A DNA stretch of 64,000 bases from Diplonema japonicum (taxonomy: Eukaryota > Protista > Euglenozoa: Diplonemea): the NCBI GenBank assembly GCA_964019335.1, contig OZ025669.1:372001-436000 (forward strand), read 5' to 3'. The notes beneath the pieces are model-generated. The model was not told the DNA's origin. It searched no databases and saw only the letters and a program-made list of their open reading frames with translations. A program made the position numbers and the translations under genes. How positions within the stretch are numbered: the stretch's first letter is position 1; every line of letters begins with the position of its first letter. Positions 19,805 through 28,814 of this stretch are shown piece after piece.

Positions 19805-22183
19805 TCAACGGAAAGCGGAGAACGCCTCTCGGCAAAGGTGCTGTTTAGCACTCAAAAGGTTGATGGCATGGACAACACAAGGGTCACAAGTGTGCGAGGC
19901 GATCCGAGAGTAGTCCTTCGCGAAAAACGCGTTCGAGTAAGCCTCAGACCAGTCCCAAGGAACGGACTTCTGAATCTCCTTCGTGTCGTTCCAGTACGTG
20001 ATGTTGGAAATAATTGACTCAGACCGCACTTCATAAACGGGAAAACGTTCTTCAACCCCTACGGACTTAACCAACCACATATCAACCGGACGTAAAACGC
20101 ACTGAAGCGAAGGTATACAAGATGCTGCATCAGGATGACCAGGCACAGCTGAGTACAGACAGAATGTCCCAAGCTCCTGCGCTGCTGTACACAACGCCAT
20201 GCACAACCGGACATTGGTTCCTATAACTGTAACGAATTTCTGTTCAGGGCTTCCTACAGCACCATGCCACACAGACCCACAGCTCAAGCCGACGAAGAAC
20301 TCTGTCGCAAGGTCTAACCGTGTACCTAGAGAGTATCCAAAGAGAAGCCCTGTGAACCTGAAGGAATTCTCCACGTGCGCTAAACACATTTTCGCTGTAT
20401 TCCACCCAGCATACACGGCACTGCCCAGCACCGTTATCACAACACCGTCCGTTCTCTCCAAACAGGTGAGGACCCTGCTCACGCTTTGGTTCAAAACAAC
20501 ACCGACATCCTCGTGCGACGGGTACACCTTTGCCTCTACACACGCCACTACCGATCTTGTTACAACATCCAAACAGCTTCTTGTGCTGTTCTGGCATGTG
20601 CGTACTGATGAGAATGTTGCGATGCTGCTTGCAGTTATCGAATCGAGCGGGTTGTCCTTCACTTCGGTGAACCTTCTTTGCATTACCTTGGATTTGACGA
20701 ATTCGCATCTCTTTGAAAGGCTTTCGGGGACAAGAAGGTTGACGACAATATCGTGTGAAAAGCCTTTAAGCTGCACGGCACCCAAACCAACGACAGCGGG
20801 GGTCATGATTTTATCAGGGCTGTTTAGGTACAGCGGGAGAAGATCGTTCGCCAACGCCATTGACCCGCCGATGGCAACCGCTTCCAACCGTGCAGCTAGG
20901 TTGACGGTTGTTCCGAAGTAGTCGCTTCGCTGAGTGGTTTCGTTCATCTCGATATCGACTTTGCCGTAATGTGCGCCTGCTCTGATGCGGACTCCATTCC
21001 ATAAACCGTTAGGGTCTGTGGCTGAGTTCGGGAAGTGTAAGAGGTTATCCGGCCATGGACAAGTGAGAAGCATCTCTTGTATCTTCAACCCGAAGTTGAC
21101 GGCTTGGACTAACTTCTCGAAGGATATCATAAAAGCGTCGCCGATTGTCTTCACCTCGTACCCGTCATAGAAATCCATGCATGTCCGTACGCTTTCATTG
21201 TGCAGACGCAGCCCGATACGCATGGCGTCGGGCTCCGCGTTCCAAAGCTGTGTAGAGCCTTGGATGTCGGTGAAGAGTATGGCAACCTTCTCACAAGTTG
21301 ATCCGGGTGCTTGACTAAGAGTGGTTTCCATCACCGTGTCGTTTCGCTCGTTGAAAAGCGCGTCTGGTAGAAACGGGCGGTACATTCGAAGGTTCAGTAG
21401 AAGTTGGTGGAATGTTGAGTGCAGCTCTACAGGGAGGCCTGTTTCCTTTAAAGACGATTCAGCTTCTTCGAGATTGAAGAGGGCGAGGCTGCTTGCGATC
21501 GCGTTGCTTGTTGCGATGGTGTTCTGCATGATTCGCTTCTCATGAGCCACCTTCACGGCGAAGCTCTTCGTGATGACAAAGTCAGCCCCGAAGACTATTA
21601 CACTGTAGATAAACGTCGCGATGCCCTCTGAGACTGCCGTCCCGCAAGGTGGGTACAAACAGTTGCAACGTTCCTTGAAGCTTGAGTAGTCAGAGGAGCT
21701 GGCAAAGACATCAAAAAGTCCGAATCTTGAAATTGTTTCAAACATCACAATCAGCATCCATATGACCGTCAATACCATCACCGTTACTGCAGTTCGTGAC
21801 TGTGCCTGACAGATAAGGAGGATGTCTAAAATTAAAATAACGTATGGCCAGTCACGGGACTTGCCTTTCCTAGCTGAGTCCAGATCAGCCATGATCACAA
21901 TCAGCATCAGCACCATAGAGCAGACAAACAACACCCTCTGCGATACGTTTTTAAACACCAACAGCCACAGCAACAGTGCTATCCCGCCAACCAGCACCAC
22001 GCAAGAGGTCCCTGTCATCCATATATTCTCATCTATGGCGTAAAGAACCAACGCCACCGTGCCCCCCATCACCATTGCTAGCGCTAGTACCAATAGCATT
22101 TCCTTCCTTCTTTTTTGTTTGTCGCTGTCGTCCTTTTTCACCACCCACCGCAGTAGCTCGCTGGGCAGCCTGCGGACACGCAT
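19805..22183 (-). CDS. Multi-pass membrane class III adenylate cyclase with degenerate second cyclase domain
   Basis: Likely start MRVRRLP 22183; about 5-6 hydrophobic helices. FTDIQGST, YEVKTIGDAF and DYFGTTVNLAARLE are intact; the C-terminal cyclase-like repeat lacks the Asp/Asn/Arg residues. Confidence 0.85.
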   Translation of the reverse strand: MRVRRLPSELLRWVVKKDDSDKQKRRKEMLLVLALAMVMGGTVALVLYAIDENIWMTGTSCVVLVGGIALLLWLLVFKNVSQRVLFVCSMVLMLIVIMADLDSARKGKSRDWPYVILILDILLICQAQSRTAVTVMVLTVIWMLIVMFETISRFGLFDVFASSSDYSSFKERCNCLYPPCGTAVSEGIATFIYSVIVFGADFVITKSFAVKVAHEKRIMQNTIATSNAIASSLALFNLEEAESSLKETGLPVELHSTFHQLLLNLRMYRPFLPDALFNERNDTVMETTLSQAPGSTCEKVAILFTDIQGSTQLWNAEPDAMRIGLRLHNESVRTCMDFYDGYEVKTIGDAFMISFEKLVQAVNFGLKIQEMLLTCPWPDNLLHFPNSATDPNGLWNGVRIRAGAHYGKVDIEMNETTQRSDYFGTTVNLAARLEAVAIGGSMALANDLLPLYLNSPDKIMTPAVVGLGAVQLKGFSHDIVVNLLVPESLSKRCEFVKSKVMQRRFTEVKDNPLDSITASSIATFSSVRTCQNSTRSCLDVVTRSVVACVEAKVYPSHEDVGVVLNQSVSRVLTCLERTDGVVITVLGSAVYAGWNTAKMCLAHVENSFRFTGLLFGYSLGTRLDLATEFFVGLSCGSVWHGAVGSPEQKFVTVIGTNVRLCMALCTAAQELGTFCLYSAVPGHPDAASCIPSLQCVLRPVDMWLVKSVGVEERFPVYEVRSESIISNITYWNDTKEIQKSVPWDWSEAYSNAFFAKDYSRIASHTCDPCVVHAINLLSAKQHLCREAFSAFR

Positions 22184-22804
22184 CGATTTCAAGTCTTTTT
22201 TTTTTTTGTTTTGCTTTTTTTTTTTTTTTTTTTTTCCCTCCTTTGAAAAAAAAAAAGAAAGGGAAGAAGAACGGGGGGGTAACTTTCTTTTCTTCTCTTG
22301 GAAACACCCTCCCCCCCCGCCCCTGTAAGGAGGCTCAAAAAAAAAAAAAAAAAAAAAAAAAAAAACAAATGGGGCTTTGATTGCAACACTAGGTGGCGTT
22401 AAGCGTGCAATGAAGCACGAACTACCTACTTGATTACAGGGGGCGCTCCTCGGGCGCTCCCCGAGCAGTAGCTTCTTCTGCGTTCCGCGTCGTGTCCTTA
22501 ATGCGTGCGGTGTGCTCAACCCTAGCCAGGGCGTCCCGGGTAACCAAGATTCTGCGCTCGTGCAGTTTGCTGCCTGTTCGTCACCCTGAGCATCTGCGTT
22601 ACGTTCTTCCACTCGGGCGCTACCGGTGATGACCGACGAGGAGGTCAACAGCGAACAACACATCTGATGTACTTCTTATATTTTCATGTTATCCCCACCA
22701 CCTATAACAAAAGAAAATAAAACGGTTTTTTTCTTCTCTCTTTTTTCTTTCCTTCATCCGACCCCTGGGAGGAAGACACAAGTTATGATTTCTAAAAAAC
22801 CCTT

Positions 22805-25800
22805 TTATTGCGTGAGCTCCCGCATTACCTGGTACTCGGCAAAGCCCTTTTTTTAATTTTTATTGTTTTCCCCCCTTCTCTTTTTCCCCATTCCCTTTCA
22901 TACCTTGCCACACGCGGCAATCCAGCCAGATATCATTGCCCAGGAACCTTGCTTGGGAAGTAAAACACCTTTTTTTCCCCTTCTTCCCCCTTTTGGCACC
23001 CCCGCCCAATCATACCATCATATGGCCCAAGCGAAACAAGGATGTGATTCCGCACAGCAGGGGCGTAGGTAGATGAAAGAGGTCCCCAGGATGTAGCAGT
23101 GGCCCCGGAGGTCATTGAACGGATATTGGCGGTGATGTGAGTGGCGTGGGCAGCAGCATTTTGTGCGAGTTTTGGCTCTGCGAGGGAAACGACGTCGCCC
23201 CCTGCAAAGACGGCCCCAGGACAGCCTTGGACAGGGACACGGAAGTGGCTGTCTACCTTGATAAAACCATTTTTGTCTGTGCAGCCCAAAAAATCTTGGT
23301 TTCCTCTTAAGAAATCGGAGTTGGGCTTTACACCACAACACGCGAAGTCCAAATCAATCCCAGACAAGACCTCTACCTTACCGTTGTGTTCTATCCTGAA
23401 CTCGGACCCCATGCCCTCCACCACCTTACGGTTGGTCAAAATCTCAACATTTCTGCATGACAGCCAACTCGTCACTTTTTCCGACAGTGCGCTGTCGTGC
23501 GATTGTAGGATCTTGCTGCCGGACTCCACTAGTATGATCTTTTTTGTTGGGTATTTGTAGCAGATTTCGGCGGCAAGCTCAACACCTACCAGCCCTCCAC
23601 CGACGATGAGCACCTTGCGGGCTCGTTCCAGCTTACGATGGGTTGCCTTGATGGTGCAATGTCTCGATGGAAGAATGGTGAAGTCGGACTTGATCAGCCC
23701 CACATCGTAGCTGGACCCCGTGCAGATGACGAGGAAGTCGTACTGGAGGTGTTGTTTCTCAAGCAGAACGTGGGTTCGGGTCAGCTTCTGAACCTTCGCT
23801 GTGATGATGGTTGAGTTGGGCAGGCAGCTGGCGTAGCTGCGATGGATGAACTTCTGGTATTCGGGGTCGACAAATGTCCGCAACACAGAAGGTGTATTTT
23901 CGAAGAAATCCTTTGAATCAACCAATGTTACGTTGAAATCTCGCTCCAGATTCTTCGCGATCTTGACCCCGCAGTGGCCTCCTCCGATCACTACTACGTT
24001 TTTCTTCTCGGGGTCGGCTTCCTTGTAGGTCTTCGCCACGTCTTGGCTTTCTTCAATGTCTCCACGTTTTAGTTTCCTTTCCCACACAATCGCCTCCTGT
24101 TCTGTTTCGAGCTCCCATGTCACGTCCGCTTCCCTGCAATGCGGGTGTTGCAGTGTGATGGCCATCCCAGTGCGATGGACTTTAAATAATGAGAGGCAAA
24201 GCCCGATCACGGGCCGGTCCCACTTATGGTTTTCGTTTTTGTACATGTAAAGCATGGAGCTTTCTTCTGTGTAGACGGCAAATCTCGCTGTTTTGCACTC
24301 CGAGAAATTTCTGAACCAACACTGTAAAGGCGGCTTGTTTTGCATCCACCCGTTTCGCTTCCAGCCCTTCACCACCCTCCAGAATTGATTCTTCCCTTCC
24401 TTGAACACCATGGACTCGGGGTGCCCCGCTGCTACCCTGACCAGCCCTCCGCCGTCGACCAGTCGCTGGCACAGACCCACCACGTACCCCTTCGTGATGT
24501 ACTTGAAACACACGTCCGAGTCCAAATGCACAAGGACTGTATCGGATATTTCCTCACTCGTGACACAGTCAGGGCACCTCCTCAGACCGCTCCATCGCCC
24601 TTCGTGGGTTAGCGTCTGCAGGCTCTCGATTACTTCATCAAGGAGGTCCCACATAGTTTGCCTTCAGGGGGGAAATAGATAAACTACATAAAGGGGGGGG
24701 GGGGGGGGGGGGGGAAATACACAGGGCGTGCGGTGCATGATAATGAACCCTCACAAAACCTGATACTGGTTGGCCAGTGCCCGTGTGTTCATGGACAGGT
24801 ACGGCATCCGGGCGATCATGTTGAAGTCGTTGTTCTCGTTGTGGAGAACGGCTTCGTTAAGTTCCGATGGGGAGGAGCAAGGTTGCCGCCTGACGGTCCA
24901 CAGAGATCTGTCGGCGTTGAGAAAGATGTGAGGGTGCTCGAGCGCAGCTAATATGACCCGAGAAGGGAACGGCACAAGATGTTCTTTAGGAAGCCCGATC
25001 TCCGGTGCAAGCCGGATGACCACGGGGGCAGACCTCGATTGCGATATTTCGAGAAAATCGGACAACAATTTCAGCTTCGAGACATCCTTCGGGAGCCCGC
25101 TCGGCGTGACTTCGACAACGCAGAACAGCAACGGACTGCCAGGTGTCCTTAACAACTCCGCAACCTCTTTCTGAGTCAACTCATCGAGGACGATAGAATT
25201 CGGAATTCTCACCAAGGCGGGTATGGTTATGGAGTGGAATAGACGGTCTCGGCGCATCGCTTCAGACGCGAGCTTTTGTATCGGCTCTTTTGAAGCCCCT
25301 GCGGTCTTGATGTGGGCGTAAGGTATTTCGCTCAACATTGCGTTCAAATAGTCATCCGCAAGATCATCCTCCAGCACAGGACACATCACCATCGACCGCC
25401 CCAACGACATCGAAGCCCGTTTACGCAAAGACATCCGTCTGCCGTTTGAAGCCATTGACAAGTTACAAAATATGGCTTCTACAGCTACTACGACCACTGC
25501 AGAAGTTATAATAGGATCTCGAAAAACTCGCTCTGCCGTACTGACCAGTGTATGTGGGATAGCGATCGGGTTCTGAGTTGCATGGAATTGCACGAAACAG
25601 GCGAAAAAAGACCAGAGCGACGAAGAGATTGGAAAGCGTACATTGTACAGTGCGGTTAGTCCGTTGTTTGACATGTTGAGTAGTACCTGTGAGGTGAGGC
25701 ATGGGGTGAGAGTTGCGAAGGAGACGGTCTCGCCCTGCATCTCTGCCTTGATGATGTCCCCGCAGCCCACTTTTAAGTCCTTCGTCCCGTCTATGCACTT

Positions 25801-26022
25801 CAGCCACGTGGCTACCCGTTCTTTGTGTTTTGTGGCTCGTGCGTCCCAGCCCCCGCTGTGTTCGATCTGGGCGTCCACGCACCACTCTGCGGTGATTGCT
25901 TCTAGCTGGTCGGCGAGCTTCACCCATTCCTTCCACACCTTCACCTCGTCTGTAATCTGTGGGTTTTGTTTAGGTGTTGTTGTAGTTGTTGTTGCCGTGT
26001 CCACCTCTTCTCTCGTCGACAT
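22805..26022 (-). CDS. Unknown N-terminal region + DEP + PH + FSP1/AIFM2-like FAD/NAD(P)H oxidoreductase (probably 4 exons)
   Basis: Introns 22969-23015 and 22847-22903 give the C-terminus SLGPYDGVLL..ISGWIAACGKGFAEYQVMRELTQ*. Intron 24662-24766 (GTATCA..AAG) links the upstream 24751-26073 ORF in frame (less certain). Motifs VVVIGGGHCG, LIVGGGLVGVELAAE, VFAGGD. Confidence 0.75.
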
Positions 26023-26291
26023 TTCCCTCGCCCTCCACTTTTCCGTTTGTTTTTCTTTTCTTTTTTTTTCCACTGGTTTAAAAGGGCGTTAAACAAAACA
26101 AAACAAAACAAAAAAAAAAAAGAAAAAACAAAGACACAGAATTTTCTTTTTTTTAATATCTCACACTTAGGGGAGGAGATGTGGGGATATGAATGGGGAT
26201 CCTCAAAAAAAAAAAAAGAAGAGTCGCAAAAAATCTTTTCTTTTTAAAACTCTGTCTCAGAGGGAGAAAGGGGGAAAGTGGGGGGGGGAAT

Positions 26292-27456
26292 CTACTGGGC
26301 TTGCGGCGGCTCGACGATTACATTCGAAACCAGGAACATAAAGATGAAGGGTTGCGCAACGCCAGCGAGGATGAGGGGCTTAGAACGAATGGGGACTTTG
26401 CCGTCCCCGTGTGCGTAGTCTTTGAAGTGCTCCATGAGCTGGGAGTAGAGAAGAAATCCAGATGCAAGAGAAAACCTAATTTCTTTTTTAAAAAAAATAT
26501 CCCCTCCATCATACCACAAGAACGGGGCGCACCAAAACGGAAATGGGAGAAGGAACCTTGATAACAAGCACACGCAAATACCCAGAAATTTGTATCCGCT
26601 CATACAAATCGTGTCGCACACCCACATCTATTTTTTTTTTTCTTTTTTTTTTTTTTTTTCTTCAAACCTTTCTCACAGCCCCCAGTGATATCGCGAGTAT
26701 TTGAAGCGCGATGACCTCCAAGAAGCAGACGGCAATACACCACGACGTTTGCGAACCAAGCACCTCGGGTGTAAAGGTATGGCTTGTGCCTCGTATGGCA
26801 GCGCTCAAAAGGACATAAGTAACCAGCGCCATCGAAGGCAGATAGAGGTCCATCCCATTAGGGTCAGAGTCGGGCGCTTCATACTCATAATCTGACATTG
26901 TCATCTGCTGAACTTCGCGCCGACGGTGGTCCGTTGTGTAAGGGAAGGTGATATTCTTCATTTTATTGAGGACGTAGCTGTTCGTGACCCTGAAGTATAT
27001 TTTAAGCCCGTCGATCCAACTCAGGTACTTTGTGATGCCCGGCTTATTCGCTTTGAACAGTCCTTCTGCGATTTCTATCCCGTCCCCGCCCTGGGCCATT
27101 TTTGTAGCCACTGCCATTGCGGTCATTGCGTTGGCTGGGTTGAATGCATTCCCGAAGTCCTGCCCCCAGTCCATGACCATGTTCCCTCCTGCATTTCCTG
27201 CGTTGTTCCATTGTTGTTGTTGTTGATGAGCTTGTTGGGTTGGAGGGAGGTTCACACCGGGCGGAGTGCTTCCTGCCTGTGCGGGTGCCTGTGCACCCCA
27301 CCCTGGCGGGGTGGCGCCACCCTGTCTCTGATGCACCTGTTGTTCTCCTACCCTCCCAAACTGCTGTGGTTGCCCCCAATCCATGGTCGCTGAAGGCGGC
27401 GGCGGCGGTGTGTTCCCCCCCAGGTTTGAACCGTAATTTGCAGTGTGGAATTCCAT
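26292..27456 (-). CDS. YIF1: YIF1 ER-Golgi transport membrane protein (2-3 exons)
   Basis: LKIYFRVTNSYVLNKM..FPY, DPNGMDLYLPSMALVTYVLL, FTPEVLG and SGYKFLGI. Introns 26628-26667 and probably 26476-26514. Confidence 0.9.
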
Positions 27457-28814
27457 TATTTATTTATTTATTTATTTATTATTATTTAAACCTCCGCCCC
27501 CCTCTCTTCCCCCTCTTCTTTTTTTTGTTAATAGATACACTAGGAGAAACCAATTTATGTATAAATATAAATAAAAAAAAAGAAGAAGAAGCAGAAGAAG
27601 AAAGGATCAAGTGGGAATTTTGTAGCGAGCCAGGTAGAAGCCTGGAGAAGGGGGGGAAAAAATTGTGTTTGTGGTCAAATACACATTCGGAGCGAGCTTT
27701 TACCTGTGCGGCCCACCTGTCGTGCATAGTGTGCTTGTCCCCGGTTGGTCCCATTAAAAAAAAAGAACCCCCCCGAGAGGTGTTAGTGTGTGTAAAGGGA
27801 GCTCTTGCGACTATAATCGCAGTGTCATAATGCAACATCAAAGCCATCATCCTTTTTTTTTTTTGCCTTCTGAAAAAGTGTCACAACTGGGGGGGAATAA
27901 AAAAAAAATACCTATTTCGTGATGAACACCAGATGCCTAAAAAAAAGAAAACCTTCGGAAATAAAAGATCAAGAAAAAAAAAATAATAAACGAGGGACTT
28001 CTAATATTTTTCTTTTTTTTTTTGAATTATGGAGAAAAAAAAAAAGAAAAAAAGAAAAGGAACTAGAACCCTGGAGAAGTTTATAAAGCCGCAAACATGC
28101 CAAGGTTCCCCTTTTGTTTAGAGAGGTCAAAGACTCGTTCTTGTAAATAAAAAAAAAAGCGAAAAAAAAGGGGGGGAAATCATAAACTGAAAAATATCTT
28201 CCCCTACTTCACAAAAAGGGGGTGATGGGGAACAAAAATCTCTTCTATGAGTCATATCTTCGCGGGTCAGATCTTCAAAAAAAAAAAAAAAAATCTTTAT
28301 GACTATATAAATCTTTGTTTTCGCACGAGCAAAAAAGGTTTTTAAAAAGCTGCGAAAATTCTTTTGCTCGGCCACAAGTTGCATATAGTTATAAAATCAT
28401 TTATTTTTTGAAAGATAAATATTTGTAACACAAAAAAAAAAAAATCTTGTAAAAGATTTACTTCTTCCCTCTTTCCCTTCCTATCCTCAATTCCAAGCTT
28501 TTTTCTCTGGGTTTTTTTTGCGTCCAGGCACACAATTGTCGATCTGTTAGTTTGTCAGATTTAATTTAAAAAAAAATTTAAAAAAAAAACAAAAAACTCA
28601 ATCTATTTTTGCGGTGCCCACGTGGACTGGCGATCCTACACGTGCCTGTCACCATTCTGCAGTTGCATACTGGTACCGGTCGTCGGGGTTCGCCTTTCAA
28701 CCATGGAATGGCATCTGCGCTAAGAACATCGGTCAAAGTTTCTTCAAATAAGGAAAACTTTGGTAGACGAGAACAAACGATCTCCTGTCGTAGCCATGCA
28801 TCGCCTGGTGCACC

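Noticed and set aside
22184-22663. Track N-terminal extensions (also 2266-2517, 19128-19376, 40318-40455, 43938-44051, 46011-46151)
   Set aside because: They run through poly-A/T spacers. Downstream ATGs in A-rich context give sensible N-termini.
22372-22670. GC-rich island with short stems, GTGATGA/CTGA boxes and AACCCTA (telomerase RNA, U3 or SRP RNA?)
   Set aside because: The template-like match is only 7 nt and diagnostic U3/SRP/RNase P motifs are absent. It could be UTR or coding, so it is unsupported.
28609-28814. Open frame and short stems just after the cyclase stop
   Set aside because: No start, no clear splice link and only short stems; cannot distinguish it from 3' UTR.
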